Below, in pieces: positions 9,821 through 19,944 of a DNA stretch of 53,813 nucleotides. This DNA is from Promethearchaeota archaeon. GTDB lineage: Archaea; Asgardarchaeota; Lokiarchaeia; Sigyniarchaeales; SOKP01. The translations under genes and the position numbers were made by a program. The notes under the pieces were generated by a model. It was given only the letters and a program-made list of their open reading frames with translations, did not search any database and was not told the origin of the DNA. Every line of letters begins with the position of its first letter. Within the stretch, counting starts at the first letter, position 1. The stretch is taken from positions 1 through 53,813 of the forward strand of contig JAEOSU010000004.1 in NCBI GenBank assembly GCA_016840165.1, given 5' to 3'.

Positions 9821-10291
9821 ATGTTAGAATATCATTTGTTAGACGCAACAAATAAAATTTTAGGGCGTTTCTGCAGCCAGATAGCAAAATTAGCGTTGTT
9901 AGGACACAATATAGTCATAATAAACGCTAAAGATGCAATTATTAGTGGTACAAAAGATAATATTCATGAAAATTTTTTAAAAAAGCTCAATATTAGCACA
10001 GCCACCAATCCACGTCGAGGACCCTTTTGGCCAAGAAGACCAGATACTTTTATGAGAAATGTTATTAAAAAGATGTTACCGCGCAAGAAATATCGTGGAA
10101 AAGAAGCATATAAGAGGATTCATGTTTATATTGGGGATATACCCGAAAGATTCCAAAAGAGATATCAAAAATTAATTCCACTGGAAATTAATAACGCTGA
10201 CAAGAAAAGACTTTCATATTATAATAAGTTTATTACCTTAGAAAATCTATGTTCTCGACTAGGTTGGAATAAAACAGATATAGAGGCTTAA
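9821..10291 (+). CDS. rpl13: 50S ribosomal protein L13 (uL13)
   Basis: DA...ILGR, GPFWPRRPD, MLP; synteny. Confidence 0.95.
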   Translation: MLEYHLLDATNKILGRFCSQIAKLALLGHNIVIINAKDAIISGTKDNIHENFLKKLNISTATNPRRGPFWPRRPDTFMRNVIKKMLPRKKYRGKEAYKRIHVYIGDIPERFQKRYQKLIPLEINNADKKRLSYYNKFITLENLCSRLGWNKTDIEA

Positions 10292-10296
10292 TTAAA

Positions 10297-10713
10297 ATGT
10301 CAGAAAAAACAAAACAGGTTCAATCATCTGGTAAACGTAAATCTGCAATTGCTCGTGCTGTTCTTACTTATCCTGCGAAAGGACAGATAAAAATTAATAA
10401 CATTCCTATTGATCTTTACGAACCTGAAATCGCTAGGTATAGAATTCAGGAAGTTCTTGAAGTAATAAATCATCCCAAAATTGAAAAATGTGATATCAAG
10501 GTTAATGTGAAGGGAGGAGGAAAGATGAGTCAAACTGATGCTGTTCGAATTGCTATCGCAAAATCTATTAATAAATTTATTGGAACAAAAACAATCGAAA
10601 AAGCTTTCAGAGAGTATGATGAAGCTTTACTTTCCGGTGATTCTCGAAGAACAGAACCCAAACATTTCGGGGGAAAGAAAGCAAGAGCAAGAAGACAAAA
10701 ATCATTCAGGTAA
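10297..10713 (+). CDS. rps9: 30S ribosomal protein S9 (uS9)
   Basis: GKRKSAIARA, V.GGG..SQ.DAVR.AIAK, D.RRTEPK.FGG..ARAR.QKSFR. Confidence 0.97.
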   Translation: MSEKTKQVQSSGKRKSAIARAVLTYPAKGQIKINNIPIDLYEPEIARYRIQEVLEVINHPKIEKCDIKVNVKGGGKMSQTDAVRIAIAKSINKFIGTKTIEKAFREYDEALLSGDSRRTEPKHFGGKKARARRQKSFR

Positions 10714-10730
10714 TTTAAAAAAACATATCA

Positions 10731-12104
10731 TTATTTATAGAGTTCGATATTGGCTCCTAATTCTTTTAAATGCGTTAAAAAATCAGGATAAGAATCATTT
10801 ATTATTTCAATATTACTCATTTTAGATTCTGAATTTGCAAATAGGCAAGCTATTATTAAGGACATCGCAATTCTGTGATCATTCTCATGATTGATATAAG
10901 AACCATTAAGATTTTCACAATGATACACAGTTAGGGCATCTGCTTCTTCTTTAACTTTTACTCCTAATTTCTGCAATTCTCTGCTCACAATTGCTATTCT
11001 ATCACTCTCTTTATATCTTAAATGAGAAGCGTTATATAATCTCGTTTTTCCTTTGGCAAAAATACCAATAACAGACAAGATTGGAAAAAGATCAGGAATA
11101 TTTTGACAATCAATATCTATTCCAGTCAATGGATTTTTGTTTATATTGCCATAGACAGTTAATTGTTGCATGCTTTTATTTATCTCGATTTTTGCTCCCA
11201 TTTCTTTTATAATATTTAGAAGTTCTTTATCCCCTTGAGGTTTTTGAAAATTTAGATTTTGGATAGTGATTTTTGAATCTTGTTTGGTTAAAACTGCAGC
11301 AGCAATAAGAAAAGCTATTGAGGAAAAATCACCGGGAATATCATATGTTTGAGACCTATAAGTCTGGGCACATTCGATAATATAGTAAGCGGTATTATCA
11401 GGCTGCAGTATTTCCTGAATATTTATCCCAAATGTATTCATTATTTCTTTAGTAATTTGAATATAGGGGTAAGAGACTAGAGGAGTTGTGGTTTTAATAT
11501 GTATAAAACATTTTTTTTTACATTTTAATAGGGGACATATCATCAATAAGGCGGAAATAAACTGGGAACTTATATTTCCTGCGATCTGAACCATTTCACA
11601 GGATTTATTAACACGCTTAATATTAATTAGATTTTTCGAAATTCTATATTTAGCACCTAATTTTGTTAATGCTTCTAAAAGTGGAATGATGGGACGATTT
11701 TTTTCTAAAAATTCACCAGATAAATTAAGGCCCTCTTCAACTAAGAGAGATAATACACTTAAAAATCGAATTGTCGTTCCAGAATTTTTGCAATCTAATT
11801 CTTCTTGTTGAGGTTGAAAGAAATCCGATTCCCTAACCACAATATATTCGTTTTCATCCTTTTTTACTACTTTTACCCCCAATTTCTGGAGAGTATTAAT
11901 AGTCACAACAACGTCGCCAGAGATTAATGGATTTTTAACTATCGATACTCCTTTTGATAAAGCTGCAGCAATAAAAGCTCTATGAGAATAACTTTTTGAG
12001 GATGGAGCTCGAATATTTCCTCCCAGCCTTAAAGTAGGAGCGATATTTATATTCATTGTATTTGTTTTGATTAATGGTAAGTTAATTAAAAGAAGTCTAA
12101 CCAT
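10731..12104 (-). CDS. aroA: 3-phosphoshikimate 1-carboxyvinyltransferase (probable start ATG at 12056)
   Basis: PSSKSYSHR, NSGTTIR, SSQFISALL, DFSS, LRYKESDR, DHRIAM, SYPDF. Confidence 0.96.
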   Translation of the reverse strand: MVRLLLINLPLIKTNTMNINIAPTLRLGGNIRAPSSKSYSHRAFIAAALSKGVSIVKNPLISGDVVVTINTLQKLGVKVVKKDENEYIVVRESDFFQPQQEELDCKNSGTTIRFLSVLSLLVEEGLNLSGEFLEKNRPIIPLLEALTKLGAKYRISKNLINIKRVNKSCEMVQIAGNISSQFISALLMICPLLKCKKKCFIHIKTTTPLVSYPYIQITKEIMNTFGINIQEILQPDNTAYYIIECAQTYRSQTYDIPGDFSSIAFLIAAAVLTKQDSKITIQNLNFQKPQGDKELLNIIKEMGAKIEINKSMQQLTVYGNINKNPLTGIDIDCQNIPDLFPILSVIGIFAKGKTRLYNASHLRYKESDRIAIVSRELQKLGVKVKEEADALTVYHCENLNGSYINHENDHRIAMSLIIACLFANSESKMSNIEIINDSYPDFLTHLKELGANIELYK

Positions 12105-12222
12105 TTAATCTTAATTCAAGATTTATAATTGTTAATCACCAAGAAGAGGGGAATAATTTAAAGTGAAATGGTGATTTATTCTTAAATAAATAAATCATCA
12201 ATCTGATCAAAGGGTAAATGAG

Positions 12223-13332
12223 ATGGGAAATAATACCTTAGGAGAATTATTTAAAATTACCTCATTCGGGGAAAGCCATGGAAAAATTATTGGTGTCGTT
12301 ATTGATGGTGTCCCCGCAGGATTAAAGGCAGATATAGAATTTATTCAAAAAGAGTTAAACATGAGGAGACCAGGTCAATATTCTCTATCATCTCAACGAA
12401 TTGAATTTGATAAAGTCGAAGTTTTATCAGGAGTATTTAATAAATTCACCACAGGAGCACCATTATGCCTTATAATCAAAAATGAAGCGTTTGACAGCAG
12501 AGATTATGAGAAGAATAAAGATATATTACGACCCTCGCATAGTGACTATTCAGCATTTAAAAAGTTTGGCGGTTATGCTGATTATCGAGGCTCAGGCAGA
12601 TTTTCGGGGCGAATTACAGCGAGTTATGTCATGGCAGGGGCAATTGCTAAGCAACTTCTTCAACGATATAATATTTTTATTTTTGCTTTTACGAAAAGTA
12701 TTGGAACAATTATTGACTCTCAGATTTATAAAATCGATGCGTTACAAAGTCTTATCTCACGAAGAGAACAAAGTCCCGTCAGATCACTTAATTCCGCTTT
12801 ATCAAAACAAATGGAAGAGCAGATAAAAAAAGTAAATGATATTCAAGATTCAATAGGAGGGCAGATTAAATGTATCGTATCTAATTTTCCTCCTGGAATT
12901 GGAGGCCCAGTATTTAATGGTATTGAATCGAATCTTAGTAAAGCAATTTTTTCTATCCCTTCGATAAAAGGTATTGAATTTGGAAAGGGATTTAAAGCCA
13001 CGGAAATGAAAGGTTCCGAACATAATGATCCCTGGATATTAGTTAATGAATCAATAAAAACTTCAAAGAATGATTCAGGAGGCATCATTGGCGGTATATC
13101 TACTGGAATGCCAATTGAATTCACCGTAGCAGTGAAACCAACTGCTTCTATAGGTATTACTCAGAAAACTGTTAATATCAAAAGCATGAAAGAAGACACC
13201 ATTAAAATTGAAGGAAAACATGATCCATGTATCGTACCTAGAGCAGTTGTTGTAGTAGAGGCTATGACTGCTATAGTTTTAGTCGATTATTTATTAAAGG
13301 AGGGGAAAATCCCATCCGTTTTAAGCGCTTAG
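12223..13332 (+). CDS. aroC: Chorismate synthase
   Basis: FGESHG, RRPGQ, RPSHSD, GRFSGR.T, GG..GGISTG, KPT.SI, G.HDPC. Confidence 0.97.
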   Translation: MGNNTLGELFKITSFGESHGKIIGVVIDGVPAGLKADIEFIQKELNMRRPGQYSLSSQRIEFDKVEVLSGVFNKFTTGAPLCLIIKNEAFDSRDYEKNKDILRPSHSDYSAFKKFGGYADYRGSGRFSGRITASYVMAGAIAKQLLQRYNIFIFAFTKSIGTIIDSQIYKIDALQSLISRREQSPVRSLNSALSKQMEEQIKKVNDIQDSIGGQIKCIVSNFPPGIGGPVFNGIESNLSKAIFSIPSIKGIEFGKGFKATEMKGSEHNDPWILVNESIKTSKNDSGGIIGGISTGMPIEFTVAVKPTASIGITQKTVNIKSMKEDTIKIEGKHDPCIVPRAVVVVEAMTAIVLVDYLLKEGKIPSVLSA

Positions 13333-13340
13333 GAGGTTAA

Positions 13341-14789
13341 GTGAGTATGAAAAAAACTTTAGAAGCAATATTAATTGGCGCGGGCAATAGGGGAATGACG
13401 GTTTATGGGAAATTTGCGCTGAATTGTCCAGAAAAACTAAACTTTATTGCTGTAGCTGAACCGATAAGCCAAAGAAGGGAGAAATTTGCGAAATTACACA
13501 GTATTCCAGAGGAGAGATGTTTTAAGAGCTGGGAAGATATCTTTCTAGAAGGAAAGATTGCAGATATAGCGTTTATTTCTACTCAAGATCAATTACATGT
13601 GGAACCTACTATTAAGGCTTTGAATTTAGGATATAATGTTCTTTTAGAGAAACCTATGGCGCATACTTTAGAGGGATGCGTTAAAATTGCTCAAGCTGCG
13701 AAGAATTCAGAAAATATTTTAGGAATTTCTCATGTTTTGCGATATACCAATTTTTTTTCTACTATATATAAAGCTATTAAAGATGGGATTTTAGGAGATG
13801 TTATTAATATTACCCATCGTGAAAATGTTTCTTACTATCATATGGCCCATTCATATGTAAGAGGTAATTGGAACAATGTTGCGGAATCATCACCTATGAT
13901 TTTAGCTAAATGCTGTCATGATTTAGATTTGTTATATTATATGATAGGATCGAAACCTAAAAAGATAAGTTCTTTCGGTAGTTTAAAGCATTTCAAAGAG
14001 GAGAATGCTCCAAATGGAGCTCCAGAATATTGCGTTGAGGGATGTCCTATTCAAGAAGAATGTGTTTATTATGCCCCAAGTATTTACATAGATATAAACC
14101 CAATAATTCAAATAATGAAGAATACAGGAAAAAGAGGTCTAAAATTTCTAGCAAATCTTAGAAAAAATCATATCTCCTTTTTAACATTACTTTCTAAAAT
14201 TATTCCGACGTTTAATCGGTTGAGATATTGGAAGGAATGGCCAGTTGAACCTCTTTATTCTGGAAGACCCGAAGAGACATCCGAAGATTATTCCGATAAT
14301 GTAAAAAGGAGGATTTTAACGACAAGTCGTTATGGAAAATGCGTATATAAGTCCAATAATGATGTAGTTGATCATCAATTAGTGATGATAGAATTTGAGA
14401 ATGGAACTACTGCGAACCTAACGATGCATGGATTCAGTGAGAGAGAAGGAAGAACTTTAAGAATAGATGGCACGAAGGCAACGTTAAGAGGGGAATTTTA
14501 TGTGCATGATGGCTGCGAGAAGATTTCAGTAATTAATCATTTAACTGGGGAAAAAAAGATTCTTCACAGTCATGAAATGCAAATGGATCGATCTGGACAT
14601 GGTGGAGGTGATTTTCAACTTATTGATGCATTTATAAATTCAGTAATAGAAAGGAAAAAAGATCGTGGTTTAATCAATGCTCTTGAGATCCTTGAGAGTC
14701 ATCTAATGGCGTTTGCTGCAGAAGAATCTCGTTTATCAAATAAAGTAATTGATATGGATTCATTCCGAAATAAGACGCACAGATTTTGA
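13341..14789 (+). CDS. Gfo/Idh/MocA family NAD(P)-dependent oxidoreductase
   Basis: IGAGNRG, LLEKPM, HSYVRGNW, LAKCCHDLD, GHGGGD. Confidence 0.9.
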   Translation: MSMKKTLEAILIGAGNRGMTVYGKFALNCPEKLNFIAVAEPISQRREKFAKLHSIPEERCFKSWEDIFLEGKIADIAFISTQDQLHVEPTIKALNLGYNVLLEKPMAHTLEGCVKIAQAAKNSENILGISHVLRYTNFFSTIYKAIKDGILGDVINITHRENVSYYHMAHSYVRGNWNNVAESSPMILAKCCHDLDLLYYMIGSKPKKISSFGSLKHFKEENAPNGAPEYCVEGCPIQEECVYYAPSIYIDINPIIQIMKNTGKRGLKFLANLRKNHISFLTLLSKIIPTFNRLRYWKEWPVEPLYSGRPEETSEDYSDNVKRRILTTSRYGKCVYKSNNDVVDHQLVMIEFENGTTANLTMHGFSEREGRTLRIDGTKATLRGEFYVHDGCEKISVINHLTGEKKILHSHEMQMDRSGHGGGDFQLIDAFINSVIERKKDRGLINALEILESHLMAFAAEESRLSNKVIDMDSFRNKTHRF

Positions 14790-14886
14790 AATGAAGGATC
14801 GCAAAGAAGATTAAAATCCATATTATTATTATTGTTAAATATTATTAATATTATAATTAAGAAAAAAAATGTGAAGATAAAACATA

Positions 14887-15114
14887 ATGAGTGAAAAGAT
14901 AGACACTTCAGCCCAATTTCTTGAATTTTATAAGAAAAAAGGAGATTATTTAGTAAGTCTCTCTGAAAATCATTTTAAGAATAAAGAATATAAAAAAACC
15001 CTTGAATTACTCAATCAAGCGTATGCTATGTATCAGAAGGGAAGTTGTACCGAAGATATGTTAAGAACAAAACAAAAATTCCAAGAGATAAAAGATAATT
15101 ACTTTAATCGGTAA
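14887..15114 (+). CDS. Small helical hypothetical protein (TPR-like)
   Basis: 75 aa, all-helical pattern 'ENHFKNKEYKKTLELLNQAYAMY'. Confidence 0.65.
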   Translation: MSEKIDTSAQFLEFYKKKGDYLVSLSENHFKNKEYKKTLELLNQAYAMYQKGSCTEDMLRTKQKFQEIKDNYFNR

Positions 15115-15117
15115 ATT

Positions 15118-15612
15118 TTAGTCCTCTTTCTGATTGTTTTTTATTTTATTCAAAATATCATCAATATGGGGTCCATTCCAGTAAATTTTTCTACAATCCG
15201 GATTAGAGCATCGATAAAATTCATCATAATTATTATATGTTTGAGCAAGAACCTCCTCTTTAATATCACTCTTTTTCTGAACTCTTTCTAAAGCACTGTT
15301 ACATAATGAACATCTGGCATGATCAATCAGAAATTGATAATTCAGATTTAATTTGTATTTAAGCTGATTAAGATAATTATATACACCCTCACCTTTCAAA
15401 TATATCGAATTAGCCCTTGTTTTATTATAAAAAGGTAAATCTTTAGTTATAATGATGCGATTTTCTTTTTCTGCATATTCCTTTAGCTTTTCATCTGAAA
15501 CGGGACTCATACCATAATATTTCTCGAGATCATCTGCATAAACAGTATCATATCCGAAAATTCTTAAAAAGCGAACAAGTTTGCCTAGCATTGCATCTAC
15601 TAGAAATTTCAT
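15118..15612 (-). CDS. Mut7-C family PIN-domain RNase with Zn ribbon
   Basis: KFLVDAMLGKL.RFLRI.GYDT, IITKD, RCSLCN, C...CRKIYW.GPH. Confidence 0.92.
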   Translation of the reverse strand: MKFLVDAMLGKLVRFLRIFGYDTVYADDLEKYYGMSPVSDEKLKEYAEKENRIIITKDLPFYNKTRANSIYLKGEGVYNYLNQLKYKLNLNYQFLIDHARCSLCNSALERVQKKSDIKEEVLAQTYNNYDEFYRCSNPDCRKIYWNGPHIDDILNKIKNNQKED

Positions 15613-15692
15613 TATTATAATAAATATATTTAAAGTATGATATAAATAATATAATTAAAATCTTCAAATTCAGATTTATTCTAGTTGAGTTT

Positions 15693-16220
15693 ATGGAAAT
15701 AAGTGAATTAATGAAAAAAGCATCGATTTTTCATGGACATTTATGTCCTGGAGTTGCTATAGGAACTTTAGCTGTAAAATATGCTTTAGATAATGGATTT
15801 CAGTTTTCTCCTAATGAAGAAGTTGTGGCCGTGGTTGAAAATAATAATTGCAGCGTTGATGCCATCCAAGTCCTTCTTAGTTGTACTTTTGGAAAAGGAA
15901 ATCTTATCTTTCATGATTATGGGAAAAATACTTATACTTTTTATAATAGGAAGACTCAAAAAGCAGTTAGATTAGCATATAAAAATCCTTTTAAATGGAA
16001 GAAAAAACTTAGTAAAGAAGAGCAAATTCAATTAATATTACAAAAAAAACCTGAAGAGGTTTTTGAAATCAAAAATGTTGAATTCGATCCTCCCAACTTT
16101 GCCCGAATTGAAGATTCAATTCCTTGTGATATCTGTAAAGAAGATACTATGAGCTCTAGATTGATGGATTACCAAGGTAGTAAAATGTGCATCGATTGCT
16201 ATAAGAAAATGAAAAAATAA
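15693..16220 (+). CDS. FmdE family protein with C-terminal Zn finger
   Basis: FHGHLCPG, E...C.VDAIQ, CTFGKGNL, CDIC...CIDC. Confidence 0.92.
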   Translation: MEISELMKKASIFHGHLCPGVAIGTLAVKYALDNGFQFSPNEEVVAVVENNNCSVDAIQVLLSCTFGKGNLIFHDYGKNTYTFYNRKTQKAVRLAYKNPFKWKKKLSKEEQIQLILQKKPEEVFEIKNVEFDPPNFARIEDSIPCDICKEDTMSSRLMDYQGSKMCIDCYKKMKK

Positions 16221-16260
16221 TATTTCGATTCCAATTGAAATTAAAATCCAACAGTATAAT

Positions 16261-17022
16261 ATGAGAAATAAAATATTACCCGGTGCAGGTCCTTTTTATT
16301 ATAACGGTAATAAAGTTGGTATATTAATCTTTCATGGATTTGGAGGAGGCACTTGTTCTGATCTAAAATATATCGCAGAAAGTATCCATGATAATAAAGG
16401 ATATACCGTTCATCTACCTCTAATGCCTGGATTTGGTACAACTCCAGAAGATTTAAAGCAGACTAAAGTAAATCAATGGATAGAAAGTATGGAGCATTCC
16501 TTTAAGGTTATTAAGCAACAATGTGAAAAAGTGATCGTAGGAGGACATTCTATAGGGGGCGTATTACCCTTCTTACTGGCGAATTCTCATAAAATTGAAG
16601 GGATTTTTTCCATTAGTGCTCCTGTGGGAATTAGAGGATTGGGACCTATCATAGCGCCCTTCATAAATCTATTTTTAAAATATCACAAAATTGAATCCGA
16701 CAAATTCAAGCGCGATACTAATGGTAAATGGGTAGGTTATGATAAGATTCCAATTAACATTGTGACTAAAATAAAAAAAGTGATATCCGAAATGAAAGAT
16801 AATTTACCAAATATAAATTGTCCAGCTATATTATTTCAAGGCCGTAAAGACAACCAAATAAAAAAGAACAGTATGGAGTATATCTATGAGAATATAAATT
16901 CAACTGATAAAGGTAAAGTTTGGTTAGAAAACAACGAGCATCCAATATTAGATTCACCCGATCAAGATATTATCGTCAATCAACTTATCATCTTTATTGA
17001 GAGAATTAAAAATAGAGATTAA
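16261..17022 (+). CDS. Alpha/beta hydrolase (carboxylesterase/lipase)
   Basis: HGFGG, GHSIGG nucleophile elbow, QGRKD, C-terminal His. Confidence 0.9.
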   Translation: MRNKILPGAGPFYYNGNKVGILIFHGFGGGTCSDLKYIAESIHDNKGYTVHLPLMPGFGTTPEDLKQTKVNQWIESMEHSFKVIKQQCEKVIVGGHSIGGVLPFLLANSHKIEGIFSISAPVGIRGLGPIIAPFINLFLKYHKIESDKFKRDTNGKWVGYDKIPINIVTKIKKVISEMKDNLPNINCPAILFQGRKDNQIKKNSMEYIYENINSTDKGKVWLENNEHPILDSPDQDIIVNQLIIFIERIKNRD

Positions 17023-17069
17023 AAAATAAATTAGGTAAAATAAAAAGAGAATTTCTGATTTAATAGGCT

Positions 17070-17513
17070 ATGATAATACGAGAATTTACTGAAAAAGATG
17101 TCAATGAAATGACTGTATTGATTAAGGATCTCTGTGAGATAAATAAAAGAGAATTTGATGAATTAGAATGGAAGAACGATTTGAAAAAACATTTAGATAA
17201 AAAGTCCAATTCCGAAGTATTAATTGCCTTAGATCAAGATAATAAAACAATTATTGGCATGGCTTATTTTTCAGTAGAAAATACAAAGAGGGGTTTTCGC
17301 TCAGGTTATATTTCAAATTTAATAGTAAAAGAGCAGAAAAGAAGGATCGGGATTGGAGAGGAAATAATAAGAAAAATAATAGATTATTCAAAGAGTAATC
17401 ATATTCACTCAATAAGATTAGCGATAAGACCAAATACTGATATTGGCGCAAAAAAATTATTTATTAAACTAGGATTTAAAAATATCCTTCATATTTATGA
17501 ACTGCAGATTTAA
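17070..17513 (+). CDS. GNAT family N-acetyltransferase
   Basis: L.V....RRIGIG acetyl-CoA motif; A..LF.KLGF. Confidence 0.9.
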   Translation: MIIREFTEKDVNEMTVLIKDLCEINKREFDELEWKNDLKKHLDKKSNSEVLIALDQDNKTIIGMAYFSVENTKRGFRSGYISNLIVKEQKRRIGIGEEIIRKIIDYSKSNHIHSIRLAIRPNTDIGAKKLFIKLGFKNILHIYELQI

Positions 17514-17611
17514 AATTAGAAAAGAAAAGTATATTTCTTTTAATTAATAAGTATAAAATGTGACTAAGTATTTGATATTAAAGTGAACACAAATTAAAAA
17601 TTGAGAATTTT

Positions 17612-18817
17612 ATGATTAGAGATATCCAAAAAGGATTTACATTATTGGTTAAAGGGCCTTCGAGAATAAACATTTTGGAAGGAAAAGTCGAAGTCTTTGG
17701 TAAAATCTTTAATAGCGAAGTTAAGGAAGAAAATAATAGTCTTATTATCCCTAGCGCTCACAATTATCCTCTCTATGCCTTAGAAAATTCAAAAGTAGAA
17801 GTGATTACAGCAGATAAGGAAAATATCACCATTATCGAGGAAAACACGATTAGTGATGAATGGGTTAAAATTAAAGATATGTTAATAAATCAAATTCAAA
17901 AGAACGAAGAAGGAGCTCCCTTAAAAATTATGGTGCTTGGAATCAGTAGCGGAAAGACAACCCTTATAAAATATTTAGCAAATAAATTTTTCAGTGAGGG
18001 TCTTAAAGGGGGATATCTCGATTCAGATTTAGGACAACAAATTATATATCTCCCTACAACTATTAATATAGGAGAAATTAAAGATTTCATCATTTCAAGC
18101 GCAGATATAGAAAAAGAGGATACTGTTTTTATTGGAAGTACTTTCCCAAAATCAAATTACAAGTTTATTATCGCAGATGCAAGCAAAAAACTAATCGAAA
18201 GATATTTCAAAACCCACTCAGATTCAAAATTTGTTTTGATTGATACTGATGGTTGGATAAAAACTGAAGCAGGGGTCATCTATAAGAATTTTTTTATTGA
18301 TATGGTGGATCCGGATGTTTTAATTATATTTCATGATGATGAAATCGAGGAGTTGAAATTAATACAAAAAGTTGCCTCCAAGGTAAAACATCGGAAAATT
18401 ATTTTAATTAAAGAAAAGAATAAATATTTTTACGACAAAGACAAAGATGAACGCAGGTTTTTGCGTCAAAGTCAATTTGCTAAAGTTCTTGAAGATTTTA
18501 GGAAAATTTCCATACCACTAAATAATATAAAATTCATAAAAACAGATTATGATAAGGAAAACAAGAAAATAATTGAACAAGAAGTAAATATTAAAGATTT
18601 AGTCAATTTACCTTATCATTATGTGATTATATCATTATTAACTGAAGACTCAGAAATGATTAATCTTGGGCTTTTGTTTGTTATCAATGTAGAAAAAAAT
18701 TATATTCTTCTCTTTTCTAATCTTGGTTTTAAAGAACAAAAGAAAATTAAGAAGATCTTATTAGGAAGTTTAAGATTGAGTACTAAAGGAAATCATCAGG
18801 GTTATCTTTACTTATAA
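17612..18817 (+). CDS. Clp1/Grc3/NOL9 family polynucleotide 5'-kinase
   Basis: N-terminal 'TLLVKGP..I..LEG.VEVFG' domain, GKTT, DSDLGQ, DTDGW, ERR..R lid. Confidence 0.85.
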   Translation: MIRDIQKGFTLLVKGPSRINILEGKVEVFGKIFNSEVKEENNSLIIPSAHNYPLYALENSKVEVITADKENITIIEENTISDEWVKIKDMLINQIQKNEEGAPLKIMVLGISSGKTTLIKYLANKFFSEGLKGGYLDSDLGQQIIYLPTTINIGEIKDFIISSADIEKEDTVFIGSTFPKSNYKFIIADASKKLIERYFKTHSDSKFVLIDTDGWIKTEAGVIYKNFFIDMVDPDVLIIFHDDEIEELKLIQKVASKVKHRKIILIKEKNKYFYDKDKDERRFLRQSQFAKVLEDFRKISIPLNNIKFIKTDYDKENKKIIEQEVNIKDLVNLPYHYVIISLLTEDSEMINLGLLFVINVEKNYILLFSNLGFKEQKKIKKILLGSLRLSTKGNHQGYLYL

Positions 18818-18870
18818 TAGGAAGTTAATTTAAGATTGATCAATGAACCTGGATTAAATAATATCCTGTT

Positions 18871-19878
18871 TTATCTATCTAAAAATTCTAGCGTACATGC
18901 TACAAGTATAAGCTCATTTTTCTTATGAGTATGCCCTCCTTTCTTCAAAGTAAGTTTATTACACTCGGGGAGACTTAATATACTACTATTCTCTTCAAAA
19001 TTTTTAAATTTTATGATACGGTCATTTTCAGAGTGGATAAGCATAACTCGAAAAGTCAATCTCTTCCAATCCTCTTTATTCATCTTGCCATGCAACTCCT
19101 TAAAAATTAGATAGGGGGATAGCTTTTGGTTTTCTTGTTCTTTAGGACATAATCTCACGCCTTTTAAAAAATAATTTAATATTATAAATGGATTATATCG
19201 GGGTAAATTTTTCTTGTAAATCGATAAACCAGAAATGGCAATGATCTTCTCAATAATTTTATTTTGGAAACCCCCACATAATACTGTTGATGCACCTATA
19301 CTAAAACCTATACTGGAAATTCGCTTATTTCGAAAATCTTTATTTGATTTAATCCAGTCAATTATTTCTCTATAATCATCGATTCGCTTTAAAAACTGAC
19401 TTCTTCTTCCTAGCTTTCTTGATTCCCCTGTTCCTCTAGCATCATATGCAAGTACGATATGACCATTATAAGCCAAAGGAAAGTAGTAATTTTGAAGTGT
19501 TTCTTTAGAATCGGAAAAACCGTGACAGATTACAACAATCGAATTCTTTAATAAAGTTATTTGGTTATCTTGAGGATAAATTAAAATGGCACTTAAATGC
19601 CTATTTTTTCTTTTATACCCACTTCTTATGGGAATTCTTAATTTTGAAATAATTAAGTCCTTTGGATAAATTTCTTTCCATCTATCAAGCCAGATATCTC
19701 GAAAATTCCAATAAATCTCAAAGGGAGTATATATAATTAAAAATGTAGTTGTAGACAAAATTAAACATATGATCAATGGATTACCAAAAATATTCTGATT
19801 GATATTCCAAATGAGCATGCTAATGATTAAATCCACATAACTAAGTATTACTCGTTTAAGATTGTTGGAAAGCATCAT
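18871..19878 (-). CDS. Membrane-anchored alpha/beta hydrolase
   Basis: N-terminal hydrophobic segments; HGF, YDARGTGES, GFSIG, H..ND, GGH. Confidence 0.85.
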   Translation of the reverse strand: MMLSNNLKRVILSYVDLIISMLIWNINQNIFGNPLIICLILSTTTFLIIYTPFEIYWNFRDIWLDRWKEIYPKDLIISKLRIPIRSGYKRKNRHLSAILIYPQDNQITLLKNSIVVICHGFSDSKETLQNYYFPLAYNGHIVLAYDARGTGESRKLGRRSQFLKRIDDYREIIDWIKSNKDFRNKRISSIGFSIGASTVLCGGFQNKIIEKIIAISGLSIYKKNLPRYNPFIILNYFLKGVRLCPKEQENQKLSPYLIFKELHGKMNKEDWKRLTFRVMLIHSENDRIIKFKNFEENSSILSLPECNKLTLKKGGHTHKKNELILVACTLEFLDR

Positions 19879-19944
19879 TAATAAACATAAAAAAATAAAT
19901 TAAGAAAATATTATGATTTTTATTAATCAATTTGGGTTACTAAA

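Noticed and set aside
12134-12176. Inverted repeat AATCACCA...TGGTGATT between divergent aroA and aroC
   Set aside because: Only 8-bp arms with a 27-nt spacer; plausible by chance, so not called as a regulatory site
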